From Hormiphora californensis (Eukaryota > Animalia > Ctenophora): a stretch of 64,000 bases of DNA. The number at the start of each line of letters is the position of its first letter. The first letter of the stretch is position 1. Location: positions 5,580,001 to 5,644,000 of the forward strand of contig CM035357.1 in the NCBI GenBank assembly GCA_020137815.1, read 5' to 3'. Under the pieces are notes generated by a model. It made no database searches. It saw only the letters and a program-made list of their open reading frames with translations, and had not been told where the DNA came from. Both the position numbers and the translations under genes were made by a program. Shown piece after piece: positions 1 to 23,689 of the stretch.

Positions 1-172
1 GTTTGGTGTTAGGTCATTTAAATAATGATAAAGAGCATTGGATATAAGAGATGGGGACGAATTGTATAAACATGATACTATTTCAAAAAGAAAATATTTA
101 ACAAATTTAAGAATGCCACAGTGCTGAGAAGTTGGCCTTTTGTTTCCACTAATATCTACTAATATCTACATC

Positions 173-11631
<11,459 letters not shown>

Positions 11632-12137
11632 TCTAAGATAATTGACATGTTGAAAATGTTAAAATGTTTTAATCATGTTTAACACAGATATTGGGAGAAG
11701 GGGATTCGGTTGTTGAGACTCGGGGAGGGGGCAGGGGGTGACATGGTTAACACTGATATTGGGAGAAAGGGATCATTTTAAGGGGGCTGGGAAGGAAGAT
11801 TTTGCAGAGATGGTATATTGGGGACATAAAAAGACACATTAGACACACATTTTTGATGAATAACTAACTTTTTTACTGGATTAATGAATGAAATAATTAC
11901 TATAGTATTATGTGTGTGTCAACAGCTCAAGGCACGAGTGAAAACAATAAAATGCCCACCGTTGATCGGTTAAACGTCTCTCTATTAAATCTTTCATGGT
12001 GTTGATGATAATGGTGATGATGGTGAACAGTGAACACTCTCCTCTCCCTCCCCCAATATCCCAACCCCAATATATATCGTCCGTTTTTCTCAGAACTGTC
12101 CATAGTCCCTGATTATATCGGTGTCCACACCTCCTTT

Positions 12138-12902
12138 TCAGCTATGTATGTTGATGTGGTAGAGAAGTTGTTCCCGGTCAGAGAAGGCCTTGCCGCATCC
12201 ACGCCAGGTACACTTGTAGGGTGTTTCCAGTTGTTGAACGGGTTTACCGGTGTGCAGCTTGGCATGCTTGGTCAGATGGGCACGCTGGTTGAACGCTTTT
12301 CCACAGCCCTCCCAGGTACACTTGAACGCTTTCTCTCCGGTGTGGATTACATAGTGACGTTTCACAGCGCTGACACTGTTGAACTCTTTGTGGCAGACAT
12401 CGCACACTGCATCTTCCCTAGGACGCTTCTTTGGGCCCTTTTTCGATGGAGGCTTGGTGCCTGAGGGGCCTCCACTGCAGGATTTCCGAGTAGGGGAAGG
12501 GATCGGCGAGGGAGAGCGACCACGATAATGCCGCATGGTGTGACGAGTAACCGTCAGCTCGTCGCTCGAGTTCAGGGTCTCCCCGCAGTTAGGCCAACGA
12601 CATCGATACCTCTGTCCCTGGTTCTCACGGGTATGCTCCCGCATGTGCTCACGAAGCTCAGGAACACTCGAGTACGCCAAGATACAGGGATAATAAGGGC
12701 ACCCAATCTGGTGGTTACCCTGCCAATCCACCGAGATAATCCCCGGAGTTGCATGTTCGGGCCTCTTTTTACTGCTCCCACTCGCCTTCCCGGAATGGTT
12801 GTTAGAGTGGTGCTGGACTTGTTGGACTTGTTTGAAGTTTGGCGGCAGGTCTGCCCCCGTACAGTAACTATCCTCGTCACAGCTACTCTTAGAGGTCGAC
12901 AT
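12138..12902 (-). CDS. C2H2 zinc-finger protein, intronless, 254 aa (paralog B)
   Basis: Five C2H2 fingers: CPYYPC..HMREH, CRWPNC..HTMRH, CDVC..HYVIH, TGEKAF linker then CTWEGC..HAKLH, CTWRGC..HINIH. CxWxxC fingers resemble the GLI/ZIC/KLF type, but no ortholog is assigned. Confidence 0.88.
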   Translation of the reverse strand: MSTSKSSCDEDSYCTGADLPPNFKQVQQVQHHSNNHSGKASGSSKKRPEHATPGIISVDWQGNHQIGCPYYPCILAYSSVPELREHMREHTRENQGQRYRCRWPNCGETLNSSDELTVTRHTMRHYRGRSPSPIPSPTRKSCSGGPSGTKPPSKKGPKKRPREDAVCDVCHKEFNSVSAVKRHYVIHTGEKAFKCTWEGCGKAFNQRAHLTKHAKLHTGKPVQQLETPYKCTWRGCGKAFSDREQLLYHINIHS

Positions 12903-13541
12903 GGCTTGCCAATAAGCGTGAGAGAAAATGGTGATGGTGAATTAATGAAAAACAGCAGCTAAGCAGCGAGATATATTATAATGTTGGTCAGCAGGAGAGC
13001 GGGGAAAGGTGGGAGTTGTTCCAGGTGCACAGATATCGGAGCACTCCTTTTACATACTACGGACTTGCGTCCTACAGGGATGGAAAGATGGGTTAGTGTT
13101 TGGGAAGTGGCGCTGAACAAAGATCAAAACGCAATAATTCGGAGTTTGGGAAGTGGGGTTTTGAGAGTTGGAAAACAAAGATCAAGACTCAATAATTCGG
13201 ATAAATCAATGAAATAATTACTATATGTAGTCAGCAGCTTTAAGGTAGCATAAGTGATAACATTAAAATATCTGCACGGCCGCCAGCTGTACGCTGCGTC
13301 TATAATAACTCTCTCTCTCGCAGGTAAACACGGTGATGTACATTACACAGAACCCAACCCAAGTCCTGATAAAACCCTGTCAAGCGTTGCCAGACCCCGT
13401 TTTGATTCTCATATCAGATCGAGTCGGCGCCGCCAGACGGAATAACCCCCAAACCCCCTGAACTGTTTATATCTTCTTCTCCCTTCATCGTCCCTCGCTC
13501 CTGAACAGCTCCCCTCACTTGGTTAATGTTAGGCCTCCTTT

Positions 13542-14501
13542 TCAGCTATGTATGTTGATGTGGTAGAGAAGTTGTTCCCGGTCAGAGAAGGCCTTGCCGC
13601 ATCCACGCCAGGTGCACTTGTAGGGCCTCTCCAACTGCATTGACTGCTGCTGGTTTTTTGGTCGGTTCCCCGCAGAGTTAAGGGTCTGTTCGCACCCCTC
13701 CCAGGAGCAAGACTTCTCTCCAGTGTGGGTCTTGGCATGCTTGGTCAGATGGGCACGCTGGTTGAAGGCCTTTCCACAGCCCTCCCAGGTGCATTTGTAC
13801 GCTTTCTCTCCGGTGTGTATAACATAATGACGTTTCACAGCGCTGACACTGTTGAACTCTTTGTGGCAGATATCACAGTTTGCTCCCTCGCGAGGCCTCT
13901 TCTTCGGGCCCTTCTTTGTTCCACTACGTGAGTTGGTTGTGGACGGACCACCGCTGCAAGACTGACGGGTAGGGGAGGGCATGGGTGAGGGAGAACGGCC
14001 ACGATAATGCCGCATGGTGTGACGAGTAACCGTCAGCTCATCACTTGAGGTCAGGGTCTCCCCGCAGTTGGGCCAACGACATCGATACCTCTGTCCTTGG
14101 TTCTCACGAGTATGCTCCCGCATGTGCTCGCGTAGCTCAGGGACACTCGAGTACGCCAAGATACAAGGATAATATGGGCACCCAATCTGGTGGTTACCCT
14201 GCCAATCCACCGAGATAATTCCTGGAGTTTGGACCTCGGGACGACTGGACCGTTTGGAGCTTCCCGCCTTTCCCTTTTCAATGCCATCTGGGAGATCTGC
14301 ACCAGTGCAGTAGTCTTCCTCACAGCTAGATTTGGCCTCTGACATCACAAGACTGAGGTCATTGTTTGGTATGAGATTTCTGATGGCTCGTTTCAGAATT
14401 GAGTACTCGGACGACTTCTTATTCACTCCCAGGCGATGGACCTCCTTTAGGAGGCGCCCATACAGCCGTACCGTCGAAGCGGTATCAGTGACAGATGACA
14501 T
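13542..14501 (-). CDS. C2H2 zinc-finger protein, intronless, 319 aa (paralog A)
   Basis: Same five fingers as 12138-12902, plus an extra N-terminal segment and a degenerate half-finger CSWEGCEQTLNS lacking the histidines. Confidence 0.88.
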   Translation of the reverse strand: MSSVTDTASTVRLYGRLLKEVHRLGVNKKSSEYSILKRAIRNLIPNNDLSLVMSEAKSSCEEDYCTGADLPDGIEKGKAGSSKRSSRPEVQTPGIISVDWQGNHQIGCPYYPCILAYSSVPELREHMREHTRENQGQRYRCRWPNCGETLTSSDELTVTRHTMRHYRGRSPSPMPSPTRQSCSGGPSTTNSRSGTKKGPKKRPREGANCDICHKEFNSVSAVKRHYVIHTGEKAYKCTWEGCGKAFNQRAHLTKHAKTHTGEKSCSWEGCEQTLNSAGNRPKNQQQSMQLERPYKCTWRGCGKAFSDREQLLYHINIHS

Positions 14502-14683
14502 GGCTAACAGCTTGGAAGGAATTCTGCCAGAAAGTCGGGGTCGTTAGGATTGAAATTATGAAATCGCAATTATCATGAAAACATCACACATTTCATCAAC
14601 CGGTACAGTATGACCGTAATTGGTCATAGTTAATTGTAAAAGAGCTTAAAAACAGCATAAAAGCACGCAACTGGCAAACAAAG

Positions 14684-14920
14684 CCTTTGTTACTGTCGGA
14701 TTTTTTGAAACTGTCACCCCCCTGAAATAACAAATTTGTCATATCTCCGGTTCCTGATAAGATAGAGACTTGAAATTTGGAGGTTCGGAAGAACTTAGCA
14801 AGATCTTTATAACCTCCAAATTTCAAGTCTCTATCTCATCAGGAACCGGACTTATGGTCATTTAAAGAAATTTGAAAACTCAGGGGGGTGACAGTTTCAA
14901 AAAATCCGACTTTACAAAGG
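14684..14920. mobile_element. Palindromic MITE (relatives at 60733-60893 and fragment about 32951-32996)
   Basis: Outer IR GTCGGATTTTTTGAAACTGTCACCCCCCTGA / TCAGGGGGGTGACAGTTTCAAAAAATCCGAC; inner IR TCCGGTTCCTGATAAGATAGAGACTTGAAATTTGGAGGTT / AACCTCCAAATTTCAAGTCTCTATCTCATCAGGAACCGGA. Confidence 0.8.
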
Positions 14921-15632
14921 GACGAAAATAATCTGACTCCGTCGAAAAAAGTTGTTGCGCCAAGTTACGAAAATTCAAACAAATAAATTTTATTGTGACG
15001 CGCGCACGAACTTTGAAAATACTGCGCGGAATATTTTTGCGCGTACTATCACGTGACCATGATTTGGCATCACAGATAAATTGTTCTGATTTGAAGACGC
15101 TGAGCTCTGCCACTTGACACACAAAAATTCCGCCACAAACAAAGAAAAACAGATTTGTTACTGCAATTGTTAAATTGGAATTTAATCACAGTCCACACTC
15201 ACGTCGTGTGACGGTGATTCGGCGGATTCACCCTGATAACTTGAAAGGTGGTGAGCTGATTGCTGAATGAGGGTCTATGTCAGCACACCACCCTATAAGT
15301 TAGAACGCTGGATTTATTTAAAAAATCAGACAATCGGATTTAACTCCTGCTACAAGAGCGGGTACAAAAGTTTGAAAACACAAAACTGTTTAAAGCTTTT
15401 CACCTCTTTCCCTGGCATACAGCTTGAAACTGTGTTGTTATAAATTAATTATCAGTTGCAATCAATTTTGTTTGAAAATAATTTAACTTCGTTGACGCAG
15501 AGATTGTTAAAAATACTGAAGACGCTCTGAATAAAGCCAAAATAGTTTTTGATCTGACAAAAAAGTGGGAAACAATTTATCTATCGATTTAGCCTACAAG
15601 ATTTTCGGAATGTCTGATAAATTGGAAACGAT

Positions 15633-18600
15633 TTAACCGATCTTGCCACCGTTTTTGAGGGATATTTTCAAAACAATGGGTGGTTTTTCCTCACATTCCT
15701 CTATCATATTCACCTCCTCATCCTCCTCATCCTCCTCGCTTAAAACCACAGCTGTCTCCTGAGAGGAACCACTCCCAATTCCGATATTATTCAAAAGTAC
15801 AGCCTTCTCTTGGGAAGCAGGGTTCCTCCCGTACTCCATCTCAACTCCATCAGTACTGCACTTTATACTCCGTCCTAGAGTCATATTGGTAGTCCTGGAG
15901 GATCTAGGTAACTCAATAGATGGTTTGTATTCGTCCCCACTTGAGTGATCCGAGTCTAAATCACTGCCCTTTCTCGTGAATTTGGATTTCCTGGTTGTTT
16001 TTGGTTTCGGTGGGGGCGGTGGTGGTTCTTGTTTCGGGAGATGGCGTGGTATGGGCGAGGGTGGGGCCTGTGGGGGCTCCAGGTCCGAGTCAGTCATTAG
16101 GGAGGCAACCCTCTTGTAAACCTGGTGGAGAATTATAGAGTGGGTTAGAGTAGCAGGGAGACTGAAATGACTAGTCATACTGTAATGTCGCCCACAGAGA
16201 AGGAAGTCTTTTGCGAGAGATAAGATGATAAAGTAATAACGCATAAGATGATAAAGTAGCAAGAATTACAAGAATTACAAGAATTACAAATTAGCAACGC
16301 ATGGGTAAGTACATGGGTAACTACTATCCAGAAATACCAAGCTAGGGATAATCAGACCACTATGGAACTAGATAGATTTCCCAACTACGTACCGTATTGT
16401 GTACCAGTTTGTAGTGCTCTGCATGGGGAACCAGTCCCTGATGTAGGATAAATAACTGTTTCACCAGTTGATGGTGGGGGCTTGTGAAATTCTTCGCATC
16501 TTGGTAGGTCTTAATGAATTTGACATCACTCTTATCATCAACCTGCAGTGGATTCAGTTAAAGGCCGATTGATGAAATTATAGCGCCAAAATAAATTGGT
16601 CCATCGAACGAGGGGGGGGGGGGGGGGGGGGGGCAACAAACGAATGGATTGTAAACTGAAATCCTGCTCATTTCTATCTCGTGATTGCCTACCTCTGGTG
16701 TTTGGAGGACCTTCGCTATCTCCCCCTTTCTCATCTCTTCTGCAACGGATTTTAGTTCATCAAGTGTCCGTGCCACACAACGTATTTCATCGCTCCCATT
16801 TAGTTCAGCGTACACTCTGACCTGATTATAGGAACATTGCCCAATGTTGAAAGTAAATGTGACTGTCGATTTATTATTCGGTAATGAAAATGAGAATTAA
16901 ATGTAGCTCAAGTTTTGTATAGATCTTACGGCTTACCTCCTCTGGCCACAGCGGAAAGTAAAAGAAGGTGTTTTGAGCGAGGTCAAGACCAAGATAGGCT
17001 GGTCTAAGACTCGTGGGGTCGTACTCCAGGAAACTTTGTTGAAGACGCGAGACACTAGTCTGAAACAAAAATATACGTGTACGTGGGAGGTGTGGCATGT
17101 ACGTGATTAATTGGATATTCTGTCATGTCCTAGAGTTGTCTGGCTAGACTGTGTTTACAAATTTGTAAAGGGAGGGTTAGAACATAAAATTCTAGAGGGT
17201 GGCTGGTTATGTTCTGCCAGGGGTTGAGAGATGCAACTTACCACTTTGGAGGTACACAGACAGTGAACAAGAGCCAGTCTCTCCCCAATACTGAGATGGT
17301 GGAAGTAACCCCCGTTACACAAATCCTTTACAACACTACCATCTCCAGAATTAGGTTTAATAGTGTCAGTGTTGCTCTTGGTTTTGATAGTAGTGTCAGT
17401 GTTGTTCTCTGTTTTAATGGTAGTGCCAGTGGTTTCACTCCCAGTGTTGTTAGCGAGTGTGTTAGTCCCCTCTTTATTTGAGATTATCTCGGCAGGTTTT
17501 TCAACACCGAACAGCTCATAAAACTCATTTGTAACACCTGAAAGTAGAATAACAAATTAATACCACCATTTTTTGTAACATGTAAGTCTTCTTCAACTCT
17601 ACAAATCTTCTTTAAATCTGGGAAACCTACAACTTTTTTCCCACTCACCCCATTTATTTTGAGTGGTGCGAAGTCCCAACTTGGAGGTCCTTTCGTACCA
17701 GAATCCAACACGGGTTCTGAGCATTGCATTCCATTCTTCGTAGGATGCTACTGATTGGTCTTTAGAACGATTAGCTATTCTGAAAGAGGTTGTTTGACAT
17801 AATTCAAGTATATGGAAAAGTTGGTAACGAAATAGTAGGTCTTTACTCTTTGGTCTAGTCCCTACCAGTGCAAATTTACTCAATTTATCAAGTTATATCC
17901 CTCACTTACTCTTTAATTTTCTTCTCTGGTGCACAGATGGCCGTCATTAGCTTGGCAAGGTATTCACTATGTTGGGGGTATAGGATGGCTAACTCCAGCT
18001 CCGAAACTGTAAAGGCAATGTTGAAGACCTCTTGACAGACACACACCATGAGGGACGATGATATCAGCTAAGTGGGAGGGGAGTTGTTAGATGGAAAACA
18101 CATTTGACATTCGAGAAGTAATATCAATGTACAACTATGAAAACAATAGGTACAGTACAGGAACCGACCGAATCAGGAAATACTGGTCCCTGATTGGCTG
18201 ATAACCAGTCACGTGACCTAAATAACGAGTTCTGATTGGTTGTTTACTTGTTTCAGTCGGTTCCTGGTACAGCATGGAGTACTAACATACCTCCCAAGAT
18301 TCGCATATCCTTTGAAAGACTTTGCTTTGAGAAAGCTGCAAGTGAAGCCTCTCAGCCCGTTCTACAGTAGCTCGTTCCTTCCTTCTCTTATCTTCCTCCT
18401 TCTCCATTTCTACCTCTTTACCTCGGTACAACTGATAAAGGGATTTTAAAAACAAGTTAGAAGAGCTTCATAGACCCCCGACATGTACATATTGGAAATA
18501 TTTCAAAATTGGATTTTCTAATTTTGTCTATTACCTCTCGCTCCTCGAGTGCGAGCATTATGGGTGATTTGCTGCCTGCTCCAAACAGACGTGGTACTCT

Positions 18601-21492
18601 TGATCTCCTTCCACCTGACAATATTTAGAGATTACTTTCTTGTTACATCGCAATTCGTTTCATTTTCTCTTGTGTTACAAAGTACAAACAAGCAACAATC
18701 GGTTAGGGGTGCAGATTAAGTTGCGTTTCTCATTTTTCACCAGAACGTCAAGACAACCAGAAGAGAAGGGGAACTTACATACGTCCTTGTAGAGGGTTAG
18801 ATGAGGGCTTGTCTCAGACAAACAGCATTTCTCTCTCACTGAGAAGGGTAGCAACCGTATCCGGCCTTCTAGCGCCATTTCAACCTGAGAGAGCGAGAGA
18901 GAGAGAGAGAGAGATACAGATACGTGTGTAATTGGGAGGGCCCCACCACACATGCCCCCCTGCGTCAGAAAGGCGGGAAGAGACCCAAACACAGCAATAT
19001 ACAGTAAGCCGCGTTCAGGTACTCTTGTGCGCGCCAAAATTCAGGCTCTTTGTTTGTGGAGAGAGGATCGCGCGTTCCTGTAAGTTATATACAACACTGA
19101 GAGTAAGAACTCGGCTCTGAGCTGTGTGTGTACATTGTACAGTTGACGTTCTCCCTTGTACACACCCATCTTACCTTACAAGCCATCCTGCTGACCCAAC
19201 TGGAGGGCCCGTTAAACCGATAACAATTCTCTAAAATCAAACGGATATCACCGACTATTTCTGGCGTTGAGAAATAGCTCAGCTCTTCAAGGTGAGATTC
19301 GATCTTTGTGAAACACATCGGCCGGTCAATAACAGTGTAATAGTTGGCTGTTTCTGGCGTGTTTGTTTCCACTGGGTAGAGAAATGGAAACAAATCGGAT
19401 CGGAGAGTGGCATCGTTCCTGGAAAAAGGGAAGTAGATCATGAGAAAAGACATATTATACAGGGAAATTGGTGATACATAGTGTGGCTCACACCGCTGCA
19501 CTCTGTGAGGGTTTGGTAGATCAAGTAATACACAAACAAAACCTCAGATATTTAAAGTACCTCAAACTGAGGTAGAGTTTAACGCCCGGTTGAACGTTAG
19601 GAGGGAGTGTTCTAACAAGTTCCGGATCTAGTTTAAATCTTGGCACGTCTATCATTGATCTGAAAACAAAAGGAATGGAAATATAGTTGGAGGGGGGAAT
19701 AGAAATGGTGGAATGGACACCAGCAACAAGATGGGGTGATGGGAGGAGAGGGGGATACTTGGTTGGTTGGTGAGAGCGGCAGTTTGAGAGGGGGATACCA
19801 GGATGAACACCATATAAGGAGGGAGGCAAAGATCTAAACTCTAAAGGTTTGTAATAAAATGGTTTGTAACGAGAGTTATATCACTTACTCTTCCTCATCC
19901 TCCTGTTGATCAGAACTACTGTTTCCATTCTCTAGAAGATTCCGTCTCTTAGGAGCCAGTTGTTTTATTATCCCATTAGCTTTACTAGCCGCTGACCGCT
20001 CTGAAACACATTATATTTCAAACTTTCATCAACTACAACGTAAAACTATTTATTGAGGATGCTTATTGTATTGGGGAAATGAGCCATTCGAATTAAATTC
20101 AACTGTGGTGGCAATGCCACAGACCGAAAAGTCACCGTGTTTTCTTGAATTATATGTAGGTTGGGGAATATATTGGGAGTATAACACTTTGTACTTGATA
20201 TTTATTGTCTGACTATGCTCTCACATTTTAGCTATCCCACTGTCTCCACACAGAACGTGTCTACATATATGCAAACACTGGTATAGAGACGAGTTTGTCG
20301 TAAAAAGTGTAGAGTGTAGACCTATATTATTAGGCAATGTTGAATGTTCAAATGCATGGTTTAATTCCAAATAATGTCCAAATATGGTACACACATACCT
20401 GGCCTGAGTAACTTGACAGTTTCATACAACTCCTTTCCCTCTTCTTCTGGGTTTGTTACAGCGGTGTCAGATACACTAGTTTCTGAGAGATAAATAAGTT
20501 AGGCAATCAGTAAAATAATAAAAAAGCAGCCTGAGCCCTGAGGTCGGAAGGCACCCAAACAACGAAGTAGCAGAGGAATGTGAAATTCTGTTTACCAGTT
20601 TTTATTTCCTCCGCTGGTTTGGCAGCATCTGAAGAGTCATCATCATCACTGGGGAAACGTGGCCGATAATGGGCACCTCCACCAAGGCCGCCGTACGTTT
20701 TGGCACCTAGTGAATATAACAACGGTATAATATACATCAGATACTTAGTAAACAACGGAGAGCAGGGGGAATCAGGGAATTATAACTTGGACGTTACTGG
20801 TGATAAAACTCAAAATGTACCGGCTGAAGTTGTTTCCTCAGATTCATCCCCATCATCACTCGGAAACTTTGGTTTGTAGGTCGTCACAGCTCCCCTGCCA
20901 TATGTCCTGAACCCTACATAGAAGGAGAATGGTATTCCTGGATTGATCAACCGAACCCTCACAGAAATAAAATGCGATGTTAGCTGTTACTCTTCCTTTT
21001 TGGTAGGAAGAAGGTCATTCGAGACAGTCTGCAGAACAAGCCAAGTATGATTGTTTGATGACAAGAAACTAACCTCCTTTTGAGTCAGCCCCGTTCTGTA
21101 GGGAGGACGGGGTACTTTCCCTGCTGGCATCCTTAGCATTTGTTGAACAAGATCCATGACTCTTTATGGAGGACGTATCATCAACATCGCTATCCACGCC
21201 AGTAGGAAACTTGGGCCGGTAGCAAACCTGTGAAAGTTGAGGGGTAAAGAGGATAAAAAGTACAAACTAAACGAGAAAAAAATTGTATTGAGTTGGAAAC
21301 GGCCACAACCAAAATCTGTCTAACCTGTTGGTCAGATTTCCGTCCGTATGAAGTTTCACATTTTAGTGCGAGTTTCCTAAACTGTGTCACTTGGCCCTCT
21401 CCACTAGCACTGCTGCTACTGGTGCTAGATTCTCGTTTTCGTTTAGAGGGATGTCGAGGTGGAGAGTAACACCCATTAGCGGTGTCTGACAT
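15633..21492 (-). CDS. BRD10: KIAA2026/BRD10-like bromodomain protein, multi-exon (about 20 short exons; not all boundaries resolved)
   Basis: Bromodomain exon FPFLYPV...NYYTVIDRPMCF...DIRLILENCYRFNG..WVSRMACK (about 19174-19420). It is followed by VEMALEGRIRLLPFSVREK, ELELAILYPQHSEYLAKLMTAI, YEEWNAMLRTRVGFWY, YLGLDLAQNTFFYFPLW and VRVYAE, collinear with human KIAA2026 LEMMLEQKLALLSRHLREK, ELERCLLMPQ..LSKIMTSL, WEAALRQKVQQWY, LGYDYLENAYVHFPQF, VRIY. Start MSDTANG at 21492; last exon ends at the stop at 15633. Confidence 0.8.
18158..18266. mobile_element. 109-bp MITE with CAGGAACCGAC termini
   Basis: TIRs CAGGAACCGACCGAA / TTCAGTCGGTTCCTG; GTA on both flanks (possible 3-bp TSD); contains CACGTG and two GATTGG boxes; intronic in the BRD10-like gene. 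Confidence 0.8.
20017..20133. repeat. Dispersed repeat (second copy about 60575-60661)
   Basis: AAACT(T/C)TCATCAACTACA(A/G)CGTAAAACTATTTATTGA...CCGAAAAGTC is shared by both loci. Confidence 0.65.
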
Positions 21493-21883
21493 GGGCGTCA
21501 CTACTATGATAGGAGGAATTGAAATTATATCCAAGAAGGGTAGAGGGGAAAGATAATTATTGGGTGGGTCTTAGTGGTTCAAATAGGGGTACCAGGAATA
21601 GAATCAAAATCATAAGAGTTTTAAAAGAAAAGTCAGCTTATATTAATTATGATTAGTAACAAAGCACAAACAAACATTACTATCTCTCGATCTATGAACT
21701 GCAGTACAGTGTTTACTAAAAAACAAACACCCGTGATGATTATTTTAACGTTTCAAATGATATAATGAGCTATATAATACAATGCTTTGTACACTCAGAG
21801 TCTTTATCTCACCCTCCGGCCTCCCTTACTACCAGCTCTCAGCTTGTTGTCATTTTCTCCCTATTGTTGAGGTAACTAATTGT

Positions 21884-22631
21884 TTACCCTCTCTCGGTAA
21901 TGATTTTAATGGTTCTCATCAACACATTAGTTTGTGTAATCAGCTTGTTCGCAGCCTGATACACCGCACTCTTCTCACTCGCCCTGAAGAAATTCCGTAA
22001 GCTATCACTAAACGCCTTGCTACTGCGTACAAAGTACTTCTTCTGGTAGTCAAAGAGTCGCTTGTTTTGCACCATAGCAGGGGATGAGGCGTTCAACTGG
22101 CTGAAACTATTAACACAGTTCAGCAGATCCTTGATGCTCTGGGCAATGTCTTTGATTGTCTGCAGAAACTGACTCCTATCTGAGATTTTGTCAGGAATGC
22201 TACTCAGCAAAACTCGTAGTACTTGTGATTTCCGGTTAAGTTGATCGTGCAGTTCAACATGGGATAGGATCAGGAATTCGTTACACTCTGTAGCACCAAG
22301 TTTTAGCAGGGTCTCTGTTATGTCGTCAGTGTTAATTATACCGGCTATGAAATCGTGGATAAATCCGGGGTTGTACTTTTCGGCGTACACAAAGGCATCC
22401 CGTAGCTGCTTTCCCTGTTCTGGGGGAGAGGAATGATTGGTAGGGGAAGTAATGATTGGCAGTGAATTTAGTTAAACTAAAAGGAGCCGTGAGAAGGAAA
22501 GTGTCATCGAGACCCCAATTCGAAGATAAAAGGCATATATTTCATGTGAATTTCTCACCAGGTGGAAATGAAGCGAGGAATGGTGCGAGGACTGTAGAAA
22601 ATGCGAGGGAGGGTGGCGGTTCTGTACTCAT
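21884..22631 (-). CDS. PDCD10: Programmed cell death protein 10 / CCM3, 2 exons, 202 aa
   Basis: Exons 22559-22631 (MSTEPPPSLAFSTVLAPFLASFPP) and 21884-22419 joined by a phase-1 GT-AG intron. Motifs LRDAFVYAEKYNPG, IPDKISDRSQFLQTIKDIAQSIKDLL, QKKYFVRSSKAFSDSL and ANKLITQTN match PDCD10. Confidence 0.93.
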
Positions 22632-22922
22632 TCTAAAATCAAAAGATCGGTTAGAATTATAGTTGTTGATATGGAGTTATAATAAAACACGAAGTGATTC
22701 AATGGAGATGAAAATGGGCATATATAACTTGAAATATTGGTTAACTTTAAAATACACCGTGTAAACATAGATAACAATTTAACATCTATAGAAGCACTGT
22801 TTTGCGATGATTTTTGAAGGTTCGTGTTTGGAGATATATGGTGTTTTTTTCTCGCTCTCATAAACACGATCGACACATGATATATGTTAAAAACGGTGTC
22901 TCTGAATATCCCCATGTCCTGT

Positions 22923-23474
22923 TCAACTATCAGCAGTCTCAGCCTCGTCCTCATTTTTCCATGTCAAACATCCCTCGTAGTATTTAATGACAACTTGTGG
23001 ACACTTCACGTTGGCCTCCTTGGACGGCACCCAATCCAAAATATCAGCACCTTTCCATTTGATATTGAACATGATCTGCCCATCCAAATCCGTAGCTCCA
23101 ATGATCTCTTCCGCCTCGAAACCTCGCTCAAACCCGATCAGTTCTGAGGTGTCAAGGCCGTTGTTTTGTTTCTTCTGAGATCTCTTCTTCTTGGGAGGTT
23201 CATTGACCGCGGAAGCACCTCTACTGCTGTGTTCCTTTTCAAACTCTGTAATCAGCTCATCACAATCAAGGTTGGAAACTGGCTCCCAGGTGTTATCAGA
23301 CTCAGGGTAGTTTCTCCATTTCAGATAGTAGAGTACAGTTCCGTCTTCCAGAACTCTCTTGTCTAGGATCTTCTCAACAACGTAAATCTCCTCCTCTTCC
23401 TCCTCCACCCTCTCCCTCTTTTTACTACTCCTCTTCTTTTCCGGCTTGCTACTGCTTCCACTACTCTTACCCAT
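22923..23474 (-). CDS. HP1: Heterochromatin protein 1 (HP1/CBX1/3/5 family), intronless CDS, 183 aa
   Basis: Acidic patch, chromodomain ([36 protein letters not shown]), basic hinge (PPKKKR) and chromoshadow domain ([44 protein letters not shown]). Confidence 0.96.
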   Translation of the reverse strand: MGKSSGSSSKPEKKRSSKKRERVEEEEEEIYVVEKILDKRVLEDGTVLYYLKWRNYPESDNTWEPVSNLDCDELITEFEKEHSSRGASAVNEPPKKKRSQKKQNNGLDTSELIGFERGFEAEEIIGATDLDGQIMFNIKWKGADILDWVPSKEANVKCPQVVIKYYEGCLTWKNEDEAETADS

Positions 23475-23689
23475 GATAAACTGTGAAGGCTGAAATGAGA
23501 GGTTAAGTAAGTTATAATAAGGGCGGGGGACAGTGGAGGGAGTTTAACAAGAAAAAAAAGGGTGTTGTATTGCACGAAACACCCATATTTTAACGCTGAC
23601 CATGATTACAAGTTTACAAGTTTACAAAATTAGATTCGGCATACAATGCATTATAAAGACAAATATACCACGTTCTCAGCATGATGCTT

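Noticed and set aside
12030-12962. Plus-strand ORFs over the zinc-finger genes, and antisense ORFs over HP1 and the LINEs
   Set aside because: Antisense shadows of real coding sequence.
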